Source: Octopus sinensis (Eukaryota). From it: a DNA stretch of 64,000 bases. The stretch lies in assembly GCF_006345805.1 (NCBI RefSeq), contig NC_043000.1, positions 114,204,001 to 114,268,000 of the forward strand. Reading direction: 5' to 3'. A program made the position numbers and the translations under genes. Below are positions 51,655 to 63,904 of the stretch, piece after piece. The notes under the pieces were generated by a model. It was not told the DNA's origin. It saw only the letters and a program-made list of their open reading frames with translations, and made no database searches. Position 1 is the first letter of the stretch; each line of letters opens with the position of its first letter.

Positions 51655-51952
51655 ATAGTAAAAAGCACCGTCCGAATGTGACTGATGCCAGCGCCACCTG
51701 ACTGGCATCCGTGTTGGTGACACAGAAAAAGCACTAACTGATCATGGCTGTTTTCCAGCCTCCTCTGGCCCCTGTTCCGGTGGCACGTAAAAAGCACCCG
51801 CTACACTCACAGAGTGGTTGGCATTAGGAAGGGCATCCAGCTGTAGAAACACCATCAGATCAGACTGGAGCTTGGCACAGCCTCCTGGCTTCCCAGACCC
51901 CAGTCGAACCGTCCAACCCATGCCAGCATGGAAAACGGATGATGATGATGGT
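51655..51952 (+). mobile_element. RTE 3'-end copy
   Basis: Family motifs and tail, about 125 nt from the exon acceptor at 51529. Confidence 0.8.
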
Positions 51953-52501
51953 GAATTATTTACATTTGAAAAAAGAAATTGGTAGAAATACAATCCAGAG
52001 TTCAATCAGCACATTAACGAAGAGTACAATTAAACAAAGGAAACAAAGGAGAGTACAATGTTGAACTAAGGATATATTCTCATTAAGTGGAGTACAATTA
52101 AGGATAAAAACCCCAATGACGGAAGAATAACCAAGGGTATTTTCTTTTATTCTCTTTTACACGATTCAGTCATTTGGCTGCGGCCATGCCAAGGTGCCGC
52201 CTTGATGATTTTTGGTCAAAGAAATCAAGCCCAGGACTTTTTTTTTAAAGCCTAGTACTTATTCTATCAGTCTCTTTTGCCGAACTGCTAAGGTACCATC
52301 ATACTCAAAGGGGTACAACAAAAGGGACAATAATGTAGAGTTTAAGGGTGCAATAAAAAAAAAGGGAGTAGAATTAAGTTAGAGATACAACCACATTAAG
52401 AGGGACATAACTACATTAAAAGGATTAGAAGTGAGGGTACAATCACACTAAGTCCAGTACAATTAAATTATACGGAGGTATAATTTAATTGTATATATAT
52501 G

Positions 52502-52532
<31 letters not shown>

Positions 52533-52799
52533 TATATATATACGACAGGCTAGAAACTAGAGAGGGAATACGAAAGAGCACATGAGAAGCGTTACTGCTC
52601 TGTTGCATTAGGTAGCTTCACCTGCAGCAGATGTCATCACTGCTGCAGATCAAGGGCAGGCCTTGTGGCCCACATGAGAGCTTGATAGAGATGATTTCTC
52701 TGCTTCAGTTTTCATTCCTGCTCTCTCTCTCTCTCCAGTTGGGTAACCTTCTACTTCTTCTACTGCAAGACACCTGTATCTGTCTCACTATAACTTTTC

Positions 52800-53062
52800 A
52801 CCACCACCACCACCGTTTAACGTCTGTTTTCCGTGCTCGCACGTGTTGGATGGTTCAACCGGGGCCTGGGCAGCCAGGAGGCTGCACCAGGCTCCAGTCT
52901 GATCAGGCAGTGTTTATACAGCTGGATGCCCTTCCTAATGCCAACCACTCCATGAGTGTAGTGGGTGCTTTTTACCTGCCACCGGCACAGGTGCCAGGGA
53001 AGGCTAGCAGCGGCCATGATCGGCTGGTGCGTTTTACATGCCACCGGCACAGAAACCAGTCA
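52800..53062 (-). mobile_element. RTE 3'-end copy
   Basis: Reverse complement of the family 3' end. Confidence 0.8.
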
Positions 53063-53104
53063 TGGCGGCACTAGGTTATTTTTTTGTCTTGCAAATACTT
53101 GGTG

Positions 53105-53705
53105 ACCCTGTCAGTGCAGGTAACACATAAAAGCACTTGGTCCACACTGTAAAGTGGTTGGTGTTCAGAAGGGCATCCAGCTGTAAAATCCTTGCCAAAA
53201 ACTGGCCTTGGATGTGCTTGTGCCATGTAAAAAAGAACCTAAGTCCACTCTGCTGATTGGTTGTGAAGGCACATGGCCTAGTGATTAGAGCAACGGGCTC
53301 GTGGGTTCGAATCTCAGACTAGGCAATGTGTGTGTTTATGAGTGACACACCTAAGCTCCACGCGGCTCAGGCAGAAGGTAATGGCGAACTTCTGCTGACT
53401 CTTTCGCCACAACTTCCTCTCACTCTCTCCTCCTGCATCTTGCAGCTCACCCGCGACGGACTGGCGTCCTGTCCAGGTGGGGAACTTATACGCCAAGGAA
53501 ACCAGGAAACCGGCCCTTATGAGCCAGGCGTGGCTCGAGAAGGAAGGAACTGAGTAGTTGATGTAAGAAAGAGCATCCAGCTGTAAAAATCCTGCCAAAA
53601 CAGTCCCAGAAGTCTGATGCAAGCTTCTACCAGGCCAGATCTTGTGAAACCATCCCATACAATGCTAGCATGGATGGCAGACATTAAACGATGATGATGA
53701 TGGTG
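53105..53705 (+). mobile_element. RTE 3'-end copy or copies split by a tRNA-head SINE (53268-53550)
   Basis: Family motifs at 53105-53230 and 53570-53705 with an unrelated SINE between them. Confidence 0.65.
53268..53550 (+). mobile_element. SINE family C (tRNA-like head, hairpin 3' end atgagccaggcgtggctcgagaagg)
   Basis: A box tggcctagtgatt and B box ggttcgaatct. Related pieces lie at 1445-1790 (-), 9825-10050 (+), 54700-54845 (+), 56150-56470 (+) and 15130-15600 (-). Confidence 0.7.
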
Positions 53706-54849
53706 GTGATGAATGTTGACCTACAACGGACAACCAAAGAAGAAGATACAAGAATACAATTGTATATTGTAAGGATTATATTAAGAGTACATTTGTATTT
53801 TGTACAGGTTATATAAGAGCACAAGTGTCTATGTGATGGTCGCGTTTGTACATTTAATTGATGACCATTGTGTCTAATTTAATGACTACTAACGAGGGTA
53901 CACCCAACTAATTCGAACATTTGAAAATCAGAAATGTGACGTAATGAAGATTTTAGTTGAAGAAACAGTGGAAAAATAAATACTAATGCCAATGGTGGTG
54001 GTTGTAGTAGTAGTAGTCTCATAGCAATAGTAAAAGAATTACAAGTGGGAGTGGTAATAGAAGCTGTAGTAATAGCATTACAAGTGGTAATTGTGCTGGT
54101 GGTAGCAGCTGATGTTTACCAACTACTACTAGTAGTAGTGGTGGTGTTGGTGGTGGTAGTAGTAGTAGTAGTGTTAGTGGTAGTAGTGTTGGTAGCAATA
54201 GTTGTAGTAAAAGTAGTAGTAGTAGAGGAGGAGGGAAACAATAGGAAGAGATTTTGAGGGTGAAAAAACCAAACCTCAAACCAAAACAAAAGCTTTTGTG
54301 TGTTCTCTTGAATCGCTAGAAATACCTAACTATCCCTAAATTCATGCACACAACAGTCTTTAAAAATGAAGGACACATTGAATAATGTGTAGCCTTAAGA
54401 TACACTATCAAATTAAAATAAAAAAAAAAGAAACAAGATGCTTCTGGTTGTAACATTATATAAGTCTGCTGGAATGCTAGAGATTTATATAATGTTACAG
54501 TCAGAACCATCCAGTCTTTTATTCATAGTGTATCTAGGAATACACTATCTAATGTAAACAACAACAACAACAAAATGTGCTGAAATGTTGTGAGTGAGAA
54601 GTTTAAGTGTATGGAAGCATAGCAGTAACATAAACCTACAGCGATAATGAATGAGGTTTAAACCAATCAGCTATCAGTAACAGCAGTAGTGGTAGTGTGA
54701 TGGTATGGTTGCTCCAGTCCACTCAGCTGGCAAAAATAAGTAATTCTGCGATGGACTGACATCCTGTCCAGGTGATGAATTTCTACACCACTGAAACCGG
54801 GAAACTGACCCTTATGAACCTGGCATGGCTCGAGAAGGAACATTTTGAA

Positions 54850-55086
54850 AGGCGGCAAGCTGGCAGAAACGTTAGCCCACCGGGCAAAATGCTTAGCGGT
54901 ATTTCATCTGCCGCTACGTACTGAGTTCAAATTCCACCGAGGTTGACTTTGCCTTTCATCCTTTCGGGATCGATTAAATAAGTACCAGTTACACACTGGA
55001 GTCGATGTAATCGAATTAATCCATTTGTCTGTCCTTGTTTGTCGTCTCTGGGTTTATCCCCTTGTGGGTAGTAAAGAAATAGGTAT
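54850..55086 (+). mobile_element. SINE family B (tRNA-like head agctggcagaaacgttagc...gagttcaaattcc)
   Basis: A/B-box-like head and central gcctttcatcctttcggg..cgattaaataagtaccag; it ends about 40 nt from the donor at 55127. Confidence 0.8.
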
Positions 55087-55126
55087 GGAAGGGCATTACG
55101 GGAGATGCTTCACAAAAGATACTTAC

Positions 55127-55251
55127 GCAGCAGGCTGAGGGAAGGATTTCCTACAGTTCCACTTCATTTCGTTGTCATTGAGAAGTGCTTTGTTCCGGTC
55201 AGCTACCTTCTGTAAGAACTTCATGACATGGGCTTTTCCCTTTGTACAAAC
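55127..55251 (-). CDS. LRCH: LRCH-family exon, LRR C-terminal cap (VCTKGKAHVMKFLQKVADRNKALLNDNEMKWNCRKSFPQPA)
   Basis: Acceptor gtgttacag| and donor |GTAAGT; 125 nt, phase 0 to 2. Joined to the previous exon it gives PPAH|VCTKGKAHVMKFL, matching recalled LRCH PPAQ|ICTKGKVHIFKYL. Confidence 0.92.
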
Positions 55252-56714
55252 CTGTAACACAAAAAAGATTATTTAAGTAGTTGTTATAATAACAATACAA
55301 CGGTAGACTGATGCCAAGTACAAAGAACCTGTACTGGTGCCATGCTAAGAGCACCCGTGCCAGTGCCGTATTAAAGGCACTTGTCCTGACACCACATAAA
55401 AAAGCACCCACACTGGTACCATGTTAAAAGCATCTGAGCTGGTGCCACATAGAAAGTACCCAGTACACACTGTTGATTTTTTATTAACCATAAAGGTCTT
55501 ACATAGAGGGGACACTACAACACATTGGGGACACAAAACATCCAAAAAAAAAGTCTGTATGATATGATAAGAAAAAGGGTGAAAAATGAGAGATGAAAGT
55601 GATGTTAACTGCCCCATCAGTCAACATCACTTGTCCTTTTTTCCTATTTTGCCATGAAAACCATAAAAGTCTACAAATTCAACCTCGTATATTTCTTCTA
55701 GTTCCTCCCTCCTTTCCGGTGCCAATATTCCTTTTAAGAACATATATTCATCCTCAAGTTCCTTTTCAAGTTCCTTCTCCTGATTTTTTGACACTACTAT
55801 TTCCATTTTCTGATGCCAGCCATCTGGCATTTCTATCTTTCCCCATATTTTTAATCTTTCATATAAATGTTTGCTGTCAATAATACCTATACAATATTCT
55901 TCAGAGTGGGGGTTTTGTGTCATTGCTTGTTTGTCTTAGTGGTTGGCATTAGGAATGGCATCTGGCAGCAGAACTGATGCCAAAACAGACAACTAGAGCT
56001 TAGCATAGCTGTGACTGGCAAAATTATTACACTGTGGGTCAAAATAGTCATTGTATTTATTTCGGTTCAACACATTCTAGATTCAAATCTTGCTATCGTT
56101 AACTTTACCTTTCTTGCTCCTGGTTCAAATGAAATACCAGACTCAGTGTTTAGAGCATTTGGCTCACAATCATGAGCTAGTGAATTCAATCTCTGGACCA
56201 GGCTTTGTGTTGTGTTCTTGAGCCAGACACTTTATTTTATGTTGTGCCAGTTCACTCAGCTGTAGAAATGAGTTGCGGTGTCAGTGGTGCCACGCTGTAT
56301 TTGCCCCTTTGCCTTTCCCTTGGTTAACATTGGTGACATCGAGAAGGGAGGCTGGTATGCATGGGTGACTGCTGATCTTCCATGAACAACCTTGTCAAAA
56401 CTTGTACCTCAGAGGGGAACTTTCTAGGTGCAATCCCATGGTCATTCATGACCGAAAGAGGTCTTTACCCTTATTTTACTGAGATCAATATAATTAACTG
56501 GTCTCTTCTCTCAAAATTTCAGGCCTTGTGCCTAAGAAACATCATCGCTCTTTTTGAGCATTAGGCCTCATGGAGGAAAAGCGGTTGAGTTCCTTTCAAG
56601 TGTTGGGCCTCACGGAGGCAATGACCAAGACCTTTGACATTATGTTGTACTTGAGAAGAAGATCCATCAAGCAGAATAAAATCAATCATGTCAGACACTG
56701 CTGTCACACAAATA

Positions 56715-56912
56715 GCACCCATGCTGGTGGCACATAAAAGCACCGATTACACTCTCAGAGTGGTTGGCATTAGGAAGGTCATCCAGCCATAGAAAGCCAT
56801 GCCAAATCAGACTGGAGTCTGGTACAGCTCCCTCCAATTACCAGCCCTGGTTAAACTGTCCAACCCATGCCAACATGGACAACGGATGTTAAATGATGAT
56901 GATGATGATGAC
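56715..56912 (+). mobile_element. RTE 3'-end copy
   Basis: Family motifs and (GAT)n tail. Confidence 0.8.
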
Positions 56913-56958
56913 AATAATTAAAAACAGCAAATTCTTTAAGAGACTTATATATTTATAA

Positions 56959-57263
56959 GAGCGGTTCTCAACCAAGGTCCATATGGCCCTTTAGGGATCC
57001 ACATGGCCCTTTTGAAGATTCATATGGCCCTTTGGGAATCCATATAAGATTTTGCTGTTAAAATTTATCTGCAATTAACTGGCTGCATTTCCAGAATAAA
57101 CAAAATATTTAAGCAATTTTTTTATGCAATTCCAAGTAATATTTAATCATAAGAATATAATAGGAACTTTTAGACATCAAATGGCTATCAGGGATCCCCA
57201 CCCCCTCAAATTAAATTGGAATCAAATGGGTCTGTAGGCAAAAAATAGTTTTGAGAACCAATG
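56959..57263. mobile_element. hAT/Charlie-like MITE
   Basis: Ends gagcggttctcaacc / ttgagaaccaatg. Related copies lie at 43095-43335, 41343-41490, 21295-21400 and 2275-2350, and a 66-bp mini-copy at 62951-63016 (CAGTGATTCCCAACCT/AGGTTGGGAACCACTG). Confidence 0.65.
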
Positions 57264-58282
57264 AGTTATATATTCTCTCTTTTTAACACACACACACAAT
57301 AAAATATAATACTGTCAGTAAATAAATTGAAATGGCCAGAGACATCCAATAAGACTTAAATAGCATGTATATAGAGAGATCCATTATCCAGGATTAAAGC
57401 ATCAGACCAAAATATCTCCATTAATTCACATCAATTCTAATTATAAAAATGAACAAACAACAAAAGAATGATTATTAAAAAGAAAAACATGTTCAGACAA
57501 TGTGATGTAAAGATAACGGCTCAGTTCTAGAACAATCATATTTATGGGTAAATGGATAATAATAATAATAATAATAATAACAGTACTAGTAATAGGAGGG
57601 GGAAGAGGAAAACAAAGGAAAGGAAGAAAGGAAGGAAAAAGAAAATACTGGGTGAATAAAACTTAAAATAGTTGGTCATCTAAAACAGGAATCCATTTAG
57701 TCTAAGACAGAGAATAAGGAAGGAATTATGGAAATGGTGATGAAGAGACTAGAAGTGATGCTGGCAGTGAAGGAGAAAATGGTAGTGGTGGTGGTGGTGG
57801 TGATGATGATGATGACGATGATGATAGTAGTAGTAGTAGTAGGTGAGGTGAGGTTAGGATGATGATGATGATGAAAGTGATGATAGCAATGATTGTGATG
57901 ATGATGATGATGCTCAAAATGATGACAATGATGGTAATAGTAAATGGAACGGGGGGGGGGGTTGAGCTGACCAGCATCTAGCACCTGACGATAACCTTTT
58001 CCACCTAACAAACATGGGGAAGGGGTAAGGTAGTCACTGCACAAAACACTTCATTATTCTTGTCAGCATTGGAAACCTAACACCAACACCACTATTGTTC
58101 ACAAAATGCAGGATATAAAATAATTTATCTTGGACCACCAACAAATATAAACCAGCAGCCTGTAGCTAAGGTTAACCAATTTTGTTGTAGAGATGGAGAG
58201 AGTGAGGTAATAGATTATTAAAAGGCACTCTGGATCCATCCTGTTCCACCTACCCATTTTTTTGCATGTAAGAGGCAAGCCA

Positions 58283-58572
58283 CCAGTGGCACGTAAAAAG
58301 CACCATCTGAACATGGCTGATGCCAGCGCCACCTTGACTGGCTTCTGTGCCGGAGGCACATAAAAAGTACCAACCAATCGTGGCCGCTGCCAGCCTCCCC
58401 TGGCACATAAAAAGCACCCGCTACACTCATGGGGTGGCTGACGTTAGGAAGGGTATCCAGCTGTAGAAACACTGCAAGATCAAACTGGAGCCTGGTGCAA
58501 CCTCCTGCCTTCCCAGACCCCGGTCGAACCGTCCAATCCATGCTAGCACGGAAAACAGACGTATGATGATGA
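58283..58572 (+). mobile_element. RTE 3'-end copy
   Basis: Family motifs and tail. Confidence 0.8.
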
Positions 58573-58734
58573 TATACACATAAGACAAGTTTGCTAGTTT
58601 CTGTCAACCAAATCTACACACAAGGAATTGGTCGTTCCAAGGCTACAGTAGCAGACACTTGCCCAAGATACTGAGCAATGGTACTGAACTCAAAACCACT
58701 TGGTTGCAAGGCAAACTTCTTAACCACACAGAGT

Positions 58735-59150
58735 GCAGTTGATGCCAGTGCCGCCTGACTGGCTTCTGGACTGGTGGCATGTAAAAAGCACCATTCGAGC
58801 ATGGTTAATGCCAGTACCACTTGACTGGCTGCTGTATTGGTGGCATATAAAAAACACCATTCGAGCATGGTCGAATCCAGTACCGCCTGACTGGCCGCCG
58901 TATTAGTGGCACATAAAAAGCACCATTCAAGCATGGTAACTGCCAGTGCCACCTGACTAGCTCCTGTGCCGGTGGCATGTAAAAAGCACCCACTACACTC
59001 TCGGAGTGGTTGGTGTTGGGAAGGGCATCCAGCTGTAGAAACCTTACCAGAAAAGATTAGAGCCTGGTGCAGCCTCCCGGCTTGCCACTCCTCAGTCAAA
59101 CCATCCAACCCAAGCTAGCATGGAAAGCAGATGATGATGATGATCATGAT
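58735..59150 (+). mobile_element. RTE 3'-end copy with four subrepeats
   Basis: Family motifs and tail. Confidence 0.8.
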
Positions 59151-59364
59151 GACAGCAATGCCTGTCATATAGATCTTACTAATTTGACAAAATACTGCTT
59201 TGTTGCTTATATTTCTGTAATTTGAAGGTGCATGGCTTATGATTGCAAGGTTGTAAGTTCAATACCTGACAGCATATTGTGTCCTTCATTATGGCATCAA
59301 GAACACTTTGAAATTATATTTCCGATCATATAAACCATATCGAATATCATTTTGGCAAGTTTAA

Positions 59365-59585
59365 CCCTTTCGTTACCATATTTATTTTTAGATGCTCTCT
59401 GTTTCTCTCAATTATTTTAAATATAACAAAGAATTTAGTAAAATAACTTAGTTATCATTAAGCTAGTGTTAGGAACATAAATTGTGACTAAGGTTTGTTG
59501 GAAGACTTTAATTCAAAACTTATGAAAACAAGACATTTGTACTACAGGGTCAGAGGCAGTTTCAGTGGGGTTGGTAACAAAAGGG
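59365..59585. mobile_element. piggyBac-like MITE, family 1
   Basis: TTAA|CCCTTTCGTTACCA...TGGTAACAAAAGGG|TTAA: terminal inverted repeats with TTAA duplication. Confidence 0.85.
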
Positions 59586-60788
59586 TTAAAGTGATTCCTT
59601 TTGTGCCATAAACCATTTATCATTTCTGTGATAATCCCCACCGACCCTCCCACCATCACTTCTTTTGATGCCCTAAGCATATAGTCATAGCTCTCTGTGC
59701 CATGTGACACCAACTGTGTACCCCAACAATGCTACTGGTTCTGTAGCATTGTATCAGTGGTACCAGCTCAGTTCTAGGAATGGCAACAGTTCTGTGTAAC
59801 CATGGGCAACAGCAACTCTGTTGCCACAACAATGGTACTAGTTCAGTGCCACTTGACATATGGTTCAAAGAGAATAAATGGGTTCAAAGATAAACAGCAA
59901 AAATTTGATTGCAGAATGACTCAAAGATTATGGGGGAGTGGGGGTGGTTAATGTTGCTTATTAGAGTACAGAAATAATACTGTTGATCATAGCAATGATG
60001 ATGGTGGTGATGATGGTGGTGATGGTGGTGATGATGAAGATAGTGGTGATGAAGATGGTGGTGGTGAAGATGGTGGTGGTGATGGTGGTGTTGATGGCGG
60101 TGATGATGATGATGAAGAAAGCATAGATGGGAGATGAGGTCAGATGTAGAAGGGTGGGCAAAAGAACAGGGGGGGGGGAGAATAGGGGCATTGACCATGG
60201 AGAAAAGGGAATAAGATAGTGAGGTAGCTTTTATTCCTATCTCTCTCTCTCTCTCCCTTAGACTACAGCTTCCACAAGTGGGGTGGGGGATGAACAAAGA
60301 AGTTCAATGACTCAGTAACACACCACCACCACCACCATTACCATTACCAGCACTGGTAACTGAATGTGGAAACAAATGGAGCAGAACAGTAGAGCCACAG
60401 GAGTGAGGGTGGAGAGCCCATAGCCCCTCCCTCCTAACTGACCCTTCTCTGTTCTACATTTGAGATGGGATGTTGGGGAAGAGAGGAGCAACAATATGAC
60501 AAACTGATTTATTATGACTCAGTGATGGGTGGGGGTGTTGGGTGGGGTGGGGAAGAATGGTCCTTAGCCAGAAACAGGAGGAGATTATCTGCATGGAAAG
60601 TGACTGGGGCAAAGGGGTGAAAATAAGACCAAGCGCAAGCAAGCATGTGCCTGCATGAGTGTGTGTGTGCATGTGTGTGTGCGTATGCATGCATATGTGT
60701 TTCACCTGAGAAAACACTGAGTCAGAAAAGACATTTCCTACATCATGATTTATTTAAAAAATAGATGGAGGTAGTTAATGGCCTACAA

Positions 60789-60820
<32 letters not shown>

Positions 60821-60984
60821 TATGCAGAGAAACACTCTTTCTCACACACACACAAACTCTCTCTCTCACATACACACCATAATTACATTATATGTTTACT
60901 TACATACACAGAGGGATACCAGTACTTCCCAAATTTCTCCCTCTCATTGCACTACCTACATACATACATTCCTCATGCAATACG

Positions 60985-61393
60985 AGGCTAGCAGAAACGT
61001 TAGCACGCTGGGTGAAATGCTTAGCGGTATTTTGTCTGCCGTTACGTTCTGAGTTCAAATTCTGCCGAGGTTGACTCTGCCTTTCATCTTTGCGGGGTCG
61101 ATTAAATAAGTACCCGTTACGCACTGGGGTCGATGTAATCGACTTAATCCCTTTGTCTGTCCTTGTTTGTCCCCTCTATGTTTAGCCCCTTGTGGGTAAT
61201 AAAGAAATAGGTATTTTGTCTGCCGTTACGTTCTGAGTTCAAATTCTGCCGAGGTTGACTCTGCTTTTCATCTTTTCGGGGTCGATTAAATAAGTACCCG
61301 TTACGCACTGGGGTCGATGTAATCGACTTAATCCCTCTGTCTGTCCTTGTTTGTCCACTCTATGTTTAGCCCCTTCTGGGCAATAAAGAAATA
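60985..61393 (+). mobile_element. SINE family B with its body duplicated in tandem
   Basis: 61027-61210 is repeated at 61211-61393. Confidence 0.85.
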
Positions 61394-61524
61394 AATATTA
61401 ATATTTAATAAGAGGTCTGCTCAAGGAGATCCTACCTGAATCTAAACATCATCGTCAACATTGCTGCCATTCATTATAATCACTACACGTGTGCACACAT
61501 GCACACACAGACGCACATACGTGC

Positions 61525-61585
<61 letters not shown>

Positions 61586-61616
61586 CAATGTGCAGAAATA
61601 AAAATACGTCACTTAC

Positions 61617-61753
61617 ATGTGCTGGAGGTGTCGTTAAAGGATTGTGATCCAGAATCATTTCCTCTAACGTATTCATTGACCGAAAAACTATTGGAATTGA
61701 TGATATCTTATTGGCAGAAAAATCTATTCTTCGTAATTCCAATTGCGATATTT
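61617..61753 (-). CDS. LRCH: LRCH-family exon, last LRRs (xISQLELRRIDFSANKISSIPIVFRSMNTLEEMILDHNPLTTPPAH)
   Basis: Acceptor ttcttctattttccag| and donor |GTAAGT; 137 nt, phase 1 to 0. It has the LxxLxLxxN LRR pattern and matches the recalled vertebrate LRCH motif DFSCNKV..IP.C..NPLQSPPAQ. Confidence 0.92.
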
Positions 61754-62314
61754 CTGGAAAATAGAAGAAAAACAGAAAAAAAATTAAAGGTTAAAATTTA
61801 ACTCAGCAAAACAAAGTGTAAGATGGGAAAATTTTCCAAAATTCTCTTTCTCTTTGCCTCTCCAAAATAAATTAAACAGAAGATTTAAAAGTGTTTTAAA
61901 TTCTATTTTTTCAAAATGGTTTGTTGTTTAGTCCTAACCAGACCCGTTTTGACAGTTCTATGATCAAAGACATTCCAAATAAAATCACCCACTAGCATTA
62001 ATAGCTTAGGCAACATTTTCAAATATGTCTTTCATTTCCTAAGAGGTTATAATGTAATTTGAGGGAGGAAATTTGTCTGCTATTTCTAACAAGTCAACCA
62101 TCTTGGTTTAGATTCCCTCTTTGATTTATGGCATTGGTAATTAAGCTTTGGTTTAACCCCATCAGCCCAAAATTGACCCACCAGATCTTAGAACCAATGG
62201 CACAGCCTCTATACAGCTGCCTGACACTATGAAGAAATAGCAACCAAATATTCCTCAAACCACACACCTACAGGTTAAAAGAGGAAGTTGACATATATTC
62301 AAGATAATGGAAAC

Positions 62315-62600
62315 ATCATCATCATCAGTTAATGTCCGTTTTCCATGCTGGCATGGATTGGATGGTTCGACTCCAGTCTGGAGAGCCAGCAACTGCACCA
62401 GGCTCCAATCTGATCTGGCATTGTTTCTACAGCTGGATGCCTTTCTTAACGCCAACCACTCAGAGTGTAGTGGGTGCTTTTTACATGCCACCAGCACAGG
62501 AGCCAGTCAGGCAGCCCTGGCATCAACCATGTTTGGATAATGCTTTTTACATGCCACTGGAGCAGGAGCCAGTCAGGGAGAACTGGCATTGGCCATGTTC
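62315..62600 (-). mobile_element. RTE 3'-end copy
   Basis: Reverse complement of the family 3' end. Confidence 0.8.
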
Positions 62601-63525
62601 AAGGGAGCCAGGATATATTACATCCCAAACAAAGACAGAATGGCCATGGCTGAAGAATCGAATCATAACAAGCCTACAATTAAAAACACCAACAACAAAA
62701 ACGCATGATCAAAGATGTTCAAGCCAACAACATTTATTATATAAACATAGCACACCTAGGGCTACATTATCTAATGTGACTAACCACTTTTGAAAAAGAT
62801 TTGGCTGCTGTTTCTAGCAGGGCTAGTGACCATGTAAAGTCTCTGCTGTCAGCTTCAATATGAAAAACTACTTGATTGAGGCAACAGACTGACAATAAAC
62901 CAAAACAACATCAGCAATTCACATTTTCTCATTTATATATACATATACATCAGTGATTCCCAACCTGGGGTCCGCAAAGGGAAAACTCTTTTAAATAAAA
63001 AGGTTGGGAACCACTGGTGTGTATATATATATATTTGAGAAATGAGAGAAATATGGATGGATGGATGGATAGATAGATAAGATATAGAAAGATAGAGAGA
63101 TATAAATAGAGAGATATAGATAGAGAGCATATGTTAAGTTACAGATACCAGAAAACTGGTAGAAAATATTTTTAAAACTTTCAAAGATGTGAACGTAATA
63201 TAAAAAGCAAGAGAGAGATAGATATACATATAGATAGAAAGATATGTTATAGAGAGGTATAGATAGAGAGATGTGTTGTGTCATTGACGCTAGAAAACCG
63301 GAAGTAAATATTTAAAAATATTTCAAAGACATGACTGTAACATAAAAAGCAATATTTTTTATTTTTAATTAAAAAAAATCAAATGAAGAGCCTATTATTT
63401 GTCCGAAATGCATCACGAGTATGGAAACAATAGATGAAGCCGTTTTCTTGTGGAAAGCGAATACACACATACCTCTATTTTATATATTAGATACGTCTCA
63501 CCATCATTTAACACCCATCTTTTAT

Positions 63526-63903
63526 CATACACACACACATATAAAGATACAACACATATGTATATAAATACATAGATGATTTACATGCATGTATGCATAC
63601 ATGTATATAAGCATACATAGATATAAATTGATTTGTGTTTTTTTTTTTAATTTTCATTTTAAGATAACATATTATATGTATAAACATACCTCTGCATAAG
63701 GAGTAAGTAAGCACTTACTCCTTATGCAGAGATATTTTATATGTATAATACATTATGTTATAATAAAAAAAAAACACAAATCAATTTATATGTATGTATG
63801 CATATATGTACATATGCTTATATGCATGTATGCATACATGCATGTAAGTCAGCAGCTATGTATTTATACAGATATATGTTGCATCTTTATATGTGTGTAT
63901 ATG
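63526..63903. repeat. Foldback with a perfect 19-bp core stem
   Basis: ctctgcataaggagtaagt-AAGC-acttactccttatgcagag (63690-63731) with imperfect low-complexity arms of about 170 bp. Confidence 0.85.
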
Positions 63904-63904
63904 T

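Noticed and set aside
53268-53340. tRNA genes at SINE heads (also near 43997, 54850 and 60985)
   Set aside because: A/B boxes are present but there is no complete cloverleaf, and each continues into a repeated SINE body.
60526-60552. G-quadruplex-like G-runs (also 16075-16170)
   Set aside because: These are common low-complexity tracts in this window, with nothing linking them to function.
63713-63718. Minus-strand GTAAGT as the donor of the next upstream LRCH exon
   Set aside because: The upstream sequence is microsatellite-like with no LRR frame, and the motif is part of a palindrome.
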